Position numbers and translations under genes: made by a program. From Vulcanimicrobiota bacterium (lineage in GTDB: Bacteria > Vulcanimicrobiota > Vulcanimicrobiia > Vulcanimicrobiales > Vulcanimicrobiaceae): a stretch of 64,000 nucleotides of DNA. The stretch covers positions 1,760,001 through 1,824,000 of the forward strand of contig OY970223.1 of NCBI GenBank assembly GCA_963714015.1. The letters are read 5' to 3'. The notes under the pieces are model-generated. The model was not told the origin of the DNA. It saw nothing but the letters and a program-made list of their open reading frames with translations, and made no database searches. Shown here in pieces: positions 53,123-61,978 of the stretch. How positions within the stretch are numbered: the first letter of the stretch is position 1; each line of letters begins with the position of its first letter.

Positions 53123-54856
53123 ATGTTTGCCGCTCTTGCACTTGCCGCGATGCTTCAGGTAACGCCGGCGCCCTCGCCCACCGCACCGCCGCCGCCGCCC
53201 ACGCCGGCTGCCTCGCCGCTCGTTTCGCCTGGGCCAACCCCGGCCGCAAGCCCGAGCGTTTCACCCCCTCCGCCGGCTGCCATTGCGGCGCAACCTGCGG
53301 CCGTCGCGCTCCATCCCTCGCAGGCCGTGACAGTGCAAATATCCGGCGGCACCGGTGCGATCAGTGCGGCTCTCGATCAACCGCTGGCAACGGCCGCAGT
53401 CGATGAAACCTCGCGTACGGTAACGGTAACAGCCGGCGCGCAAACCGGCCGGGGAACGTTGACGGTAAACGATTCCGCAGGCGGAAGCGTGCAGATTCCG
53501 GTGCGGGTTGCCTACGATGCGGGCGTCGTGCCTGCGCAGGTCAACGTGCAAGTCACCGGCGATGCGCTCGATCCGCAGTGGCTGCAATCGCAGATCCAAA
53601 AAGCGATCTTGAAAGCGGTTCAGACCCAGCCGGGCATCGCCGCGCAGATCGGCGCTTTCGCGCTGCCGGCGCTGCTTTCGCCCGGCGCCGGCTCCGACAT
53701 CCCGGTGCAGATTCAGATTCCCGGCGGAACGCAGTACTTCGACGTGAACGCACAGACGACGGTCGCGTTGCAAAACGTCGATGCCGGGCCGTTCGCTTCC
53801 GAGCTGCTCTTCTACGATGACGATCCCGAGAAAGTCGTCGCCGACGGAACGCTTTATCAGAACGAAGTGCAGCCCAACGCACCGGCGCGGCTCTATTACT
53901 ACCATCAGAACGCGAACGATCCCCGGCGGATCCTCGTCGTCATCAGCAACGCCGTTCCGAACGATCCGAGCACCGTGCAGCTGATCGACGCGTCCGCCGG
54001 GCCGAACATCGACGTCATGAGCGTTGGACACGCGGTTTCGCGCGATTTTTTGACTTGGAAATCGCACAATCAGGGAATCGTCGCACAAATAGGCCCGAGC
54101 GCGCCGTTTATTGCCGACGAGTTCACCATGCAGCCGCAAGACGGCGCGGCAGGAAGCATCGGCGTGCATGTGTTGAGCGGCGGAGCCGTACAGCTCACGG
54201 TTCTAGCAGTTCCGCCGACCGTCACCGACGCGCAGATCGCGCAGTATTTGAATCAACCGCGGCTGCCGGGAGACGGGCATCACCGCACCGGCGCATTCAC
54301 AGTAAATGATTACGGCACACAGACGCTCTCATACACCGTCGGCGGCGACGATGCAGTGACGCAATACGGCGCCACGACCCCGCCATCCCTCGACGGGAAC
54401 GGTCGCGACTACGGCGATTACGGCGTCCTGCGAACGATGACGTTTGCGGTTCAAAATACCGGCACGCAGCCGGCTACTGTATACTTGTTCGAGCAGCCGA
54501 TGGGCGGAGTTGTGCGCAGCAGCTTCCTGGTAGACGGAACGCTCTATCAAGTCGGATGTGCGCGCGTCTCACAGCGTTACCAAATCGGAAACGCGATTAC
54601 GGTAAACCCAGGGATCTCCAATGTGGTCGTCCAGACGATGACCGACGGAGGCTCGAACTATCCGCTGGAAGTCGGTATGACTGTCACGCCGCCGCTTCCG
54701 GCCACGCCGCCGATCTCGGCGCCCGATGGCTGCTTCCCAAAACCGCAACAGGCCGCTCCGCCGGTTCCTGCTCCATCACCCTCGGCAACGCCGGGCGCAA
54801 CACCGCCCGCGACACCCGCGGAATCACCCTCGCCGCAGCCGGAGCCAACCGGCTAA
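53123..54856 (+). CDS. Secreted protein with Pro-rich termini, function unknown
   Basis: Signal peptide, Pro/Ser/Thr linkers, DDDPE and GDYGV motifs. Confidence 0.75.
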   Translation: MFAALALAAMLQVTPAPSPTAPPPPPTPAASPLVSPGPTPAASPSVSPPPPAAIAAQPAAVALHPSQAVTVQISGGTGAISAALDQPLATAAVDETSRTVTVTAGAQTGRGTLTVNDSAGGSVQIPVRVAYDAGVVPAQVNVQVTGDALDPQWLQSQIQKAILKAVQTQPGIAAQIGAFALPALLSPGAGSDIPVQIQIPGGTQYFDVNAQTTVALQNVDAGPFASELLFYDDDPEKVVADGTLYQNEVQPNAPARLYYYHQNANDPRRILVVISNAVPNDPSTVQLIDASAGPNIDVMSVGHAVSRDFLTWKSHNQGIVAQIGPSAPFIADEFTMQPQDGAAGSIGVHVLSGGAVQLTVLAVPPTVTDAQIAQYLNQPRLPGDGHHRTGAFTVNDYGTQTLSYTVGGDDAVTQYGATTPPSLDGNGRDYGDYGVLRTMTFAVQNTGTQPATVYLFEQPMGGVVRSSFLVDGTLYQVGCARVSQRYQIGNAITVNPGISNVVVQTMTDGGSNYPLEVGMTVTPPLPATPPISAPDGCFPKPQQAAPPVPAPSPSATPGATPPATPAESPSPQPEPTG

Positions 54857-54857
54857 T

Positions 54858-55202
54858 TCACCGGCGCTGGAGCGTGAAGATGGAAGTGCCGGCAGCGGTC
54901 TCGATGAGAACCTCGACGCGGTCGGAATCGGCAAAGTCAGCCGTGTAGTCGGCACGTCCGATCTTCGCAGCCTGAATCGGGCCGCCCGAGGCCGGTTTGA
55001 CTTCGACCGACATTGCGTGGAGCGGCGCGCCGGTCCGGGCGTTCACCAGATGGAGCGAGAGCCGCCGGCGATCGGGCGAGAGGAGGTTCTGACTAACGGA
55101 GCCCTGGACGCGTACGTTGCCCGCGACCTCTGAAAAATTTTGAGCGCAGCCGGCCAGCAAGGGGAGGGCCAGAGCCGCCGCTATTGCTCTTGATTTGCGC
55201 AC
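54858..55202 (-). CDS. Putative lipoprotein
   Basis: MRKSRAIAAALALPLLAGC lipobox. Confidence 0.65.
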   Translation of the reverse strand: MRKSRAIAAALALPLLAGCAQNFSEVAGNVRVQGSVSQNLLSPDRRRLSLHLVNARTGAPLHAMSVEVKPASGGPIQAAKIGRADYTADFADSDRVEVLIETAAGTSIFTLQRR

Positions 55203-55311
55203 CCGTCCAGCATAAGCGGCTCTGCTGAGCGGCAACTTAGAACAAAATTAGACTTCGCGGCACTATTTGAGGCCATTTTGATGGCAGCCAAGTCACCCGA
55301 GTGGCACAATA

Positions 55312-56313
55312 TTGGTAATGGAACGCACGAATGAACCCAAAATCGTCCTGCTCGTACGGCTTCTGAACGCCATCGACGAGGGGCGCTTCTCTTTCGAGCA
55401 ACTCAAGGATCGCATCTCCGAAGGCGAGCATCGGCCGAGCACGCGAAGCCTCCGGCGGTATTTGGCGGTCCTCGCCGATGCCGGCTTCCCGTGGTACTTC
55501 GATCGGGCGACGAACACGTACCGGTTCTCCGGCGGGTACAGCCTCAAGAGGCTGGAGTCGAGCAACAGCGAGCTGTTCGGGCTTGTGGCGCTGCGCGCCA
55601 TCAGCGCGAGCCTCGGCGGCGCCATCGGTACCTACGTCGATGAGGTAACGGATAAGATGGTCGGCTCGGCCGGCCGCGGCGTAAAGGAGCGCTTGAACAC
55701 CGCTCCATCGGTAGCATTCCGCCTGAGCGAGATTCGTCTGGACGAACAAGGCGAGCGCGTTTTCAGCCAACTGTCGGCAGCCGAGCGCAGTTCCCGGAGC
55801 GTAGCCTTCAGCTATGAGGACAAGGAAGGTCACCGCAGCAAGCGAGTCGCCGATCCGTACGGGTTCATCCTGAGCGGCGGGCGCGTGTACTGCGTTGCAT
55901 TCGACCACGACCGGCGCGACAAACGCACGTTTGCCGTCGACAGCATGAGCGACCTCAACGTGCTCGCGCAGACGTTCACGAAACCAAGCAGTTTCAGCAT
56001 CGAGGACTTTGCCTCCAGTTCGATCAGCGGCGTGCTGCACAGCGAGAAGATGCAAGAGGTTCGGGTGCGGTTTTTGCCTCGCGTCGCCAAAGCCGCTGCC
56101 GCCGCAAATGTCGTCGCCGATCGCAGCGTGCAACGATTGCAGGACGGCTCGGTCGAGATTACCTATCACGTTGCGGACCTCGACGAACTTTGCCGCTGGA
56201 TCCTGAGTTGGGGTCCGCAAGCGGAGATCGTCTCCCCTGCGGCCGCGCGCGATCGCGTGCACATGCTGATCGCCCAAATCGCCGCGAAGTACGAGTTGCC
56301 CGTCTCGAAGTAG
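55312..56313 (+). CDS. HTH-WYL-WCX transcriptional regulator (PafB/C, DriD-like)
   Basis: STRSLRRYLAVL HTH; RVADPYG..YCVAFD..RTFAVDSM WYL domain; WILSWGPQAEIVSP WCX domain. Confidence 0.92.
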   Translation: MVMERTNEPKIVLLVRLLNAIDEGRFSFEQLKDRISEGEHRPSTRSLRRYLAVLADAGFPWYFDRATNTYRFSGGYSLKRLESSNSELFGLVALRAISASLGGAIGTYVDEVTDKMVGSAGRGVKERLNTAPSVAFRLSEIRLDEQGERVFSQLSAAERSSRSVAFSYEDKEGHRSKRVADPYGFILSGGRVYCVAFDHDRRDKRTFAVDSMSDLNVLAQTFTKPSSFSIEDFASSSISGVLHSEKMQEVRVRFLPRVAKAAAAANVVADRSVQRLQDGSVEITYHVADLDELCRWILSWGPQAEIVSPAAARDRVHMLIAQIAAKYELPVSK

Positions 56314-56348
56314 CGTCGGCCCGCGCTTCATGGTTTGATCGGGCGCCC

Positions 56349-56389
56349 GAAAACGAAAACCCCGGGGAGTATTTCGTCCCCGGGGTTTC
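56349..56389 (-). terminator. Intrinsic terminator of ncRNA copy 1 (may also stop the convergent WYL mRNA)
   Basis: 12-bp stem AAACCCCGGGGA/TCCCCGGGGTTT followed on minus strand by U-rich UUUUCGUUUUC. Confidence 0.85.
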
Positions 56390-56557
56390 GACGTTTGCTC
56401 GGCAGTTTTGGTTCGTGCCTGTTTGGCTCCGGGTGAGAAGCCCTACTGACACGACTGCCGGTTAAGATCTCGCACTCCGGAAACCGACTCTCATCTGCTC
56501 CATCTGCGTGCTCGATCGCGGCTCCACGTCGCCGCGCTTCAACTTTTGCTTGAAGTG
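56349..56557 (-). ncRNA. Putative structured ncRNA, copy 1 (~205 nt, family not recognised)
   Basis: Bounded by its own promoter and terminator; shares motifs and stems with copy 2. Confidence 0.7.
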
Positions 56558-56562
56558 TTTGC

Positions 56563-56591
56563 ATGGTAGCAAATGCAGATTGCCATCGCAA
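56563..56591 (-). promoter_or_regulatory. Sigma70 promoter of ncRNA copy 1
   Basis: TTGCGA-N17-TACCAT with extended -10 TG. Confidence 0.75.
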
Positions 56592-56604
56592 GACCATAAG
56601 CGGC

Positions 56605-56689
56605 TCATTCACAAGCTATTCGCAAGAAACCGGACTTATTCACGTTTTATTCGAAGTTCGCGTAATGTGAATGCGGGGCGTGTGGAAAA
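56605..56689. promoter_or_regulatory. DnaA-box-like 9-mer cluster upstream of copy 1 promoter
   Basis: TCATTCACA 56605, CTATTCGCA 56616, TTATTCACG 56636, TTATTCGAA 56647; reverse TTTTCCACA at 56681. Confidence 0.5.
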
Positions 56690-56720
56690 CGAAAATCCCG
56701 GACGAAGTCCGGGATTCTCG
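56685..56720 (-). terminator. Intrinsic terminator of ncRNA copy 2
   Basis: AATCCCGGAC/GTCCGGGATT stem, then UUUUCGUUUUC on minus strand. Confidence 0.85.
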
Positions 56721-56884
56721 ACGTATTCACTCATCTTGTTTCGCCTGTTTGGCTTCCGTGAAGAAGCCCTACTGACGCTACGGACGGTTCGACCGTTCCA
56801 CTCGGATCGCCGACGTGCGACTGCATCGTCAACATGGTCCGGTCACGACGATACGCTCATCGCACTTCGCTGTTATACGAAGTG
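56685..56884 (-). ncRNA. Putative structured ncRNA, copy 2 (~200 nt, family not recognised)
   Basis: Same layout as copy 1: 5' hairpin CACUUCG/CGAAGUG, conserved core, terminator. Confidence 0.7.
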
Positions 56885-56889
56885 TTTGC

Positions 56890-56918
56890 ATGGTATCACC
56901 GGGCAAAAGTCGTAGCAA
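56890..56918 (-). promoter_or_regulatory. Sigma70 promoter of ncRNA copy 2
   Basis: TTGCTA-N17-TACCAT with extended -10 TG. Confidence 0.75.
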
Positions 56919-56931
56919 GGGGAGGCCGCGT

Positions 56932-57001
56932 GTATGCACAGCGTTTCCACAAGAATCTGCGGTTATACACAGTGGTCCAATCGTTATGCTCATTTTCCAC
57001 C
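56932..57001. promoter_or_regulatory. DnaA-box-like 9-mer cluster upstream of copy 2 promoter
   Basis: GTATGCACA 56932, GTTTCCACA 56943, TTATACACA 56963 (perfect TTWTNCACA), TTATGCTCA 56984, TTTTCCACC 56993. Confidence 0.55.
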
Positions 57002-57003
57002 GA

Positions 57004-57492
57004 ATGAACGGGGTGAATGTGAACCTACTTTTTGCCGCCGTGCTGCTCGCGCAAAGCATGTTTTCCGGCTTGCCGATCGACGGAATCCGCTGCGATGCCT
57101 CGGAAGGAGTGGCCGAGCATGTCCACACGCATTTACAGCTTTTCAATCGGGGTCATGCCGTCACCGTGCCGGCCGACATCGGCATTCCGCTCGGCGCCGG
57201 CTGCCTGTATTGGCTCCATACGCACGCGACCGACGGGCTGATCCACATCGAAGCGCCGGTCAGCAAACCGTTCACACTCGGTCAGTTCTTCGACGTGTGG
57301 GGCGATACGCTCAGCCGTACTCAGGCCAGCAGCGTGCGCGCTTCAAAAGGGCGCACTCTGCGCGTCACCGTCAACGGCAAAATATGGAGCGGCAACCCCC
57401 GCTCCATTCCGCTGCGCGATCGGGAAGAGATCGTAATTCAAAACGGTCCGCCGTATTCTTTGGGCCACGCAGCGGACTGGTCCAAGATGTAA
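57004..57492 (+). CDS. Secreted His-rich hypothetical protein (possible metal binding); start uncertain
   Basis: Signal peptide; HVHTHL and CLYWLHTHATDGLIHIEAP. Confidence 0.7.
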   Translation: MNGVNVNLLFAAVLLAQSMFSGLPIDGIRCDASEGVAEHVHTHLQLFNRGHAVTVPADIGIPLGAGCLYWLHTHATDGLIHIEAPVSKPFTLGQFFDVWGDTLSRTQASSVRASKGRTLRVTVNGKIWSGNPRSIPLRDREEIVIQNGPPYSLGHAADWSKM

Positions 57493-57540
57493 CTCGCGCC
57501 GAAGGCGCCGCGGCGGCGCCCGTTAAACCCCAAGTAGGTT

Positions 57541-59106
57541 ATGACTATCGCCGCCCTGCCTACAATCGATCTCGACGGAAGACGCCTGTCCTTGGAAGCC
57601 ATCCGCGACATCGCCGAAGAGGGGGCGCCGGTACGGATCACGAGCGATGCCCGGGCTCGGGTCGCCTCGGCGCGCCGGCTCGTCGACGAGAAATTCGGGA
57701 TCGGCGATGCCATCTACGGTGTAACGACCGGATTCGGCCGCCTTGCGAATGTGCAGATAGACCCAAAAGACGCGGCTCAGCTGCAACTGAACCTCGTGCG
57801 CAGTCATGCCGCCGGCACCGGCGAGCCGTTGCCCAGAGATTTCGTTCGCGCCGCCGGCGTGCTGCGAGCCAGTTCGCTTGCTGCCGGACATTCCGGAATC
57901 AAGGAGTCGACGCTCGACCTGCTCGTCGAGCTGCTCAATCGCGGCGTCACTCCGGTCGTTCCGCGGCAAGGATCGGTCGGCGCCAGCGGTGACCTTGCTC
58001 CGCTCGCCCACATGACGCTCACGCTCATCGGTGAAGGCGAAGCGACGTTCCGCGGCGAGCGGATGCCGAGCGCTCGCGCGCTGCATCTGGCGGGACTGCA
58101 GCCGATCGAACTGGGCGCGAAGGAAGGTTTGGCGCTCGTCAACGGCACCGAAGTCATGACCGGAATCGCCGCGCTCTGCGTCCTTCGTGCGGAGCGGTTG
58201 ATGGCCGCCGCGGACGTCATCGGGGCAATGGCACTCGAAGCGTTCTTGGGAACCGATCGCGTCTTCGATCGGCGCATCAACGCGCTCCGTCCGCACCCGG
58301 GGCAAGCTCGAGTTGCCGACAATTTGCGCGTGCTGCTCGAAGGTTCCGAGATCATGGAATCTCATCGCGAGTGCGGCCGCGTTCAAGATCCGTATTCGTA
58401 CCGGTGCATCCCGGTGGTACACGGCACCGTGCGTGACGCGGCGCAGCATTCGCGCAAAGTCGTCGAAATCGAAGCCGTCTCCGTGACCGACAACCCGCTG
58501 GTCTTTCCCGAGGACGGCGAATTCCTGACGGGCGGAAACTTTCACGGACAACCGGTCGCGCTCGCAAGCGATCTGTTGAAGATCGCGATGGCGGAACTTG
58601 CGGCGATAAGCGAGCGCCGTTTGTATCTGCTGCTCAACGCCGAAGAGCGCGGGCTGCCGCTTTTTTTGACAGGGCGTTCCGGGTTGCAGTCGGGATTGAT
58701 GATCGTGCAGTACACGTCGGCTGCGATGGTGTCGGAGAATAAAGGTTTAGCGTGGCCGAACAGCGTCGATTCGATTCCGACGTCGGCCGGACAAGAGGAC
58801 CACGTCAGCATGGGAATGACGGCGGCGATCAATTTGGATCGCGTGCTGCAGAATGTCGAAGGATCGCTCGCCTGCGAACTGCTCGGCGCCTTGACCGCAA
58901 CGGACATTCGCCGGCCGCTGAAGTCCGGCCGCGGGACGCAGGCCGCTCACGCCGTTGCGCGCCGGCGCATCGCGCCGTGGACCGAAGACCGGGTTCCGGC
59001 TCCCGACATCGAGGCTGCGCGAGAACTGATACGCAGCGGGGAGCTCGGTGCGCGCGGCGGAAGATGCGATAGGAATTTCATTGATTGGGAGTGCTGCCTA
59101 AGATGA
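57541..59106 (+). CDS. hutH: Histidine ammonia-lyase (extreme C-terminus probably frameshifted near 59047)
   Basis: [20 protein letters not shown] (MIO-forming ASG), [20 protein letters not shown]. Confidence 0.95.
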   Translation: MTIAALPTIDLDGRRLSLEAIRDIAEEGAPVRITSDARARVASARRLVDEKFGIGDAIYGVTTGFGRLANVQIDPKDAAQLQLNLVRSHAAGTGEPLPRDFVRAAGVLRASSLAAGHSGIKESTLDLLVELLNRGVTPVVPRQGSVGASGDLAPLAHMTLTLIGEGEATFRGERMPSARALHLAGLQPIELGAKEGLALVNGTEVMTGIAALCVLRAERLMAAADVIGAMALEAFLGTDRVFDRRINALRPHPGQARVADNLRVLLEGSEIMESHRECGRVQDPYSYRCIPVVHGTVRDAAQHSRKVVEIEAVSVTDNPLVFPEDGEFLTGGNFHGQPVALASDLLKIAMAELAAISERRLYLLLNAEERGLPLFLTGRSGLQSGLMIVQYTSAAMVSENKGLAWPNSVDSIPTSAGQEDHVSMGMTAAINLDRVLQNVEGSLACELLGALTATDIRRPLKSGRGTQAAHAVARRRIAPWTEDRVPAPDIEAARELIRSGELGARGGRCDRNFIDWECCLR

Positions 59107-60770
59107 GTTCGAGTACGGTTGCAAGCGGTCCGCGCCTCGTTCGCGCGCCTAGAGGAACGCAGCTGAGCTGTCAAGGCTGGCCGCAAGAAGCGGCGCTGCG
59201 TATGCTGATGAACAACTTGGATCCTGCCGTTGCGGAAAAGCCGGACGATCTGGTCGTTTACGGCGGCAACGGCCGCGCGGCGCGTTCGTGGGAAGCCTTC
59301 GATGCTATTGTTCGAACGCTCCGGCGGTTGAAAAACAACGAGACGCTGATCGTGCAGAGCGGCAAGCCCGTAGCCGTATGGAAGACGCACGAGCGCGCAC
59401 CGCGCGTGCTGATCGCGAATTCCAACTTGGTGCCGAAGTGGGGGGATTGGAAAATCTTCCGCGCTTTGGAAGCGCAAGGGCTGACGATGTACGGGCAGAT
59501 GACGGCCGGATCGTGGATATACATCGGCACGCAAGGCATCGTTCAAGGCACGTACGAGACGTTTGCCGAGCTTGCGCGCCGGCACTTCGGCGGGACGCTG
59601 AAAGGCCGCGTCTGCCTGACGGCAGGCATCGGCGGCATGGGCGGCGCGCAGCCGCTGGCCATCACGATGAACGAGGGAATCGCGATCGTCGTCGACGTCG
59701 ATCGCGCGCGCTTGGAACGGCGTAAGGAACTGCGCTATTTGGACGTGGTTGCCGATTCGCGCGACGACGCATTGGCATTGGCCGAGGAATCTCGCCGCGC
59801 CGGAAAAGCGCTCTCGGTCGGCTATGAAGGCAACGCCGCGCAGGAGTTTCCGGCACTGTACGACATCGGATTTCGGCCGGATGCCGTGACCGATCAGACG
59901 TCGGCGCACGATATGATCGACGGGTACGTGCCGCTGGGTCTTACGCTCGAAGAAGCGGAGTTGCTGCGCCGCACCGATCCCGAGGATTACGAGAAGCGCG
60001 GTCTTGCGAGCGTGGCCAAGCACGTGCAAGCGATGCTCGACTTTCAGCGCGCCGGCGCAGTGGTTTTTGATTACGGCAATAACATCCGCGCGCAAGCGCA
60101 GCGCGCCGGAGTGAACGACGCATTCGACTTTCCCGGATTCGTACCGGCCTTCATCCGGCCGCTGTTCTGCAAAGGCAGCGGACCATTCCGGTTTGCCGCG
60201 CTCTCGGGTGAGGAAGCCGATATCGCGCGATGCGACGACGAGCTGCTCGCCCTCTTCCCTCATGACGAACATCTGCGCCGCTGGATCACGCTCGCGAGGG
60301 AACGGGTGGCATTTCAAGGTTTGCCTGCGCGCATATGCTGGCTCGGATTCGGCGATCGCGCAAAAGCGGGGCTGCGTTTCAACGAACTCGTGCGCAGAGG
60401 AGAGCTGCGCGCGCCCATCGTCATCGGGCGCGATCACTTGGATACGGGGAGCGTTGCTTCGCCATACCGTGAAACCGAAGCAATGAAAGACGGCAGCGAC
60501 GCTATCGCCGATTGGCCGATCTTGAATGCGCTGCTGAACACGGCCGCCGGCGCACACTGGGTCTCGGTTCACCACGGAGGAGGCGTCGGCATCGGCTACA
60601 GTATCCATGCCGGCATGGTGGTAGTCGCCGACGGCAGCCAGGACGCACGGGAGCGGCTCGAGTGCGTCCTTACGACGGATTGCGGAATGGGCGTCGTTCG
60701 CCACGCCGATGCGGGATACGAGCTCGCAGCCGAAACGGCGGACGAAAAAGGCATCGATTGGCGTCTCTAA
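59103..60770 (+). CDS. hutU: Urocanate hydratase
   Basis: [38 protein letters not shown]. Confidence 0.97.
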   Translation: MSSSTVASGPRLVRAPRGTQLSCQGWPQEAALRMLMNNLDPAVAEKPDDLVVYGGNGRAARSWEAFDAIVRTLRRLKNNETLIVQSGKPVAVWKTHERAPRVLIANSNLVPKWGDWKIFRALEAQGLTMYGQMTAGSWIYIGTQGIVQGTYETFAELARRHFGGTLKGRVCLTAGIGGMGGAQPLAITMNEGIAIVVDVDRARLERRKELRYLDVVADSRDDALALAEESRRAGKALSVGYEGNAAQEFPALYDIGFRPDAVTDQTSAHDMIDGYVPLGLTLEEAELLRRTDPEDYEKRGLASVAKHVQAMLDFQRAGAVVFDYGNNIRAQAQRAGVNDAFDFPGFVPAFIRPLFCKGSGPFRFAALSGEEADIARCDDELLALFPHDEHLRRWITLARERVAFQGLPARICWLGFGDRAKAGLRFNELVRRGELRAPIVIGRDHLDTGSVASPYRETEAMKDGSDAIADWPILNALLNTAAGAHWVSVHHGGGVGIGYSIHAGMVVVADGSQDARERLECVLTTDCGMGVVRHADAGYELAAETADEKGIDWRL

Positions 60771-61978
60771 TCCGGGCGAAGACGCTCGTTACCAATACCG
60801 GAAGCCTAAAGCAAAACGGCCTGACGTTCGCCGATCTCGGAACGTTCGAAGACGGGGCACTGCTCGTGGACGGCGGCAAAGTCGTACGGGCGGGGACTCG
60901 TCACGGGGTTGAAGCGGGCCTGAGAGCGACGGGCGATCCGGATATTCTGGATTTCCAGGATTGCGTCGTCGTTCCGGGATTCGTCGATGCGCACTCGCAC
61001 CCACTGTTTGCCGGAGATCGCGAGCCCGATTTCGCCGCGCGTCAGCGCGGCGAGCCGCCGCCGCTCGGCATGCTCTACACCGTGGAGCAGACGCGCAAAG
61101 CACTCGAGCACGAAAACCGTTTTTGGGACAAAGTACGCGCGCGGCTGATGCTTATCGCGGCGCACGGCACTACGACGCTCGAAACCAAAACCGGGTACGC
61201 GCTGCACGGTCCCGGCGAGGCGCAGTTGCTGCGCATGATCGACGCGAACAAGGACGCTCCGCAGTTGCCGCGTCTGGTTGCGACGTTCTTGGGCGCGCAC
61301 GCGCTTCCGCCGGAATTTCGCAACGAAGTCGACTACGTCGACTACTTGATCGACCAATGCCTGCCGGTCGCTAAAGCCGACGGTGCGGTGTATGCCGACG
61401 CGTTTTGCGAGCCCGGCTTCTTTTCGCCGGAACAGACGAAACGCTATCTCGAAGCAGCGCGCGCGGCTGGACTGCGCCTTCGCGTGCATTGTGATGAGAT
61501 GGCCTTCGGTGGGGCGGCCGAGATGGCGGCAGCCGTTGGAGTCGATGCTGCCGACCATTGCAATTGCATCCGCCCCCAGGACGTTGCCGCAATCGTCGCG
61601 CGCGGAATCGTTACGGTCGCATGTCCGGCGACCATCGCATACTTGGATCTGCAGCGGCGGGCGCCGGTTCGCGCGCTGCTGGAGTCAGGCGGCGACGTTG
61701 CGCTCGCGAGCGATTACAATCCCGGAACATCGCCCTGCTTCAACCTTCAAACGGTAGCGTACTTTGGAAGGCGCTTGTTCGGGCTTTCTGCCGCTGAGGC
61801 GCTTTACGGCGTGACCGTTGCAGCGGCAAGGTCGCTCCGCGTCGATGCAGGATCGCTTCGAGTCGGGGCGAGCGCGGACTTTGCCGTTCTGGAGATCGAG
61901 TCTCCGGACGAGTTCGGCTGGCAATTCGGCGGCAATTTGGCGCGCGCGGTTTTTCGTAAAGGCGTGCGCGCTGCGTGA
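60758..61978 (+). CDS. hutI: Imidazolonepropionase
   Basis: [34 protein letters not shown]. Confidence 0.9.
   Translation: MASLIRAKTLVTNTGSLKQNGLTFADLGTFEDGALLVDGGKVVRAGTRHGVEAGLRATGDPDILDFQDCVVVPGFVDAHSHPLFAGDREPDFAARQRGEPPPLGMLYTVEQTRKALEHENRFWDKVRARLMLIAAHGTTTLETKTGYALHGPGEAQLLRMIDANKDAPQLPRLVATFLGAHALPPEFRNEVDYVDYLIDQCLPVAKADGAVYADAFCEPGFFSPEQTKRYLEAARAAGLRLRVHCDEMAFGGAAEMAAAVGVDAADHCNCIRPQDVAAIVARGIVTVACPATIAYLDLQRRAPVRALLESGGDVALASDYNPGTSPCFNLQTVAYFGRRLFGLSAAEALYGVTVAAARSLRVDAGSLRVGASADFAVLEIESPDEFGWQFGGNLARAVFRKGVRAA

Noticed and set aside
53150..53300. Low-complexity CCG-rich tracts (also 54760-54850)
   Set aside because: They encode Pro-rich linkers of the secreted protein and are not a DNA repeat element.
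56328..56892. Small ORFs starting MQTL in both tandem units (peptide or type I toxin reading)
   Set aside because: The ATG overlaps the -10 hexamer, there is no RBS, and the peptides differ in length and sequence after four residues and are not hydrophobic.
56349..56918. Tandem units as CRISPR array, T-box, hammerhead, 6S or CsrB-type RNA
   Set aside because: Only two long units and no cas genes; no UGGNACC T-box and no downstream gene on that strand; no CUGAUGA/GAAA core; no end-to-end rod visible; GGA motifs are few and not positionally conserved. Rfam search is still needed.
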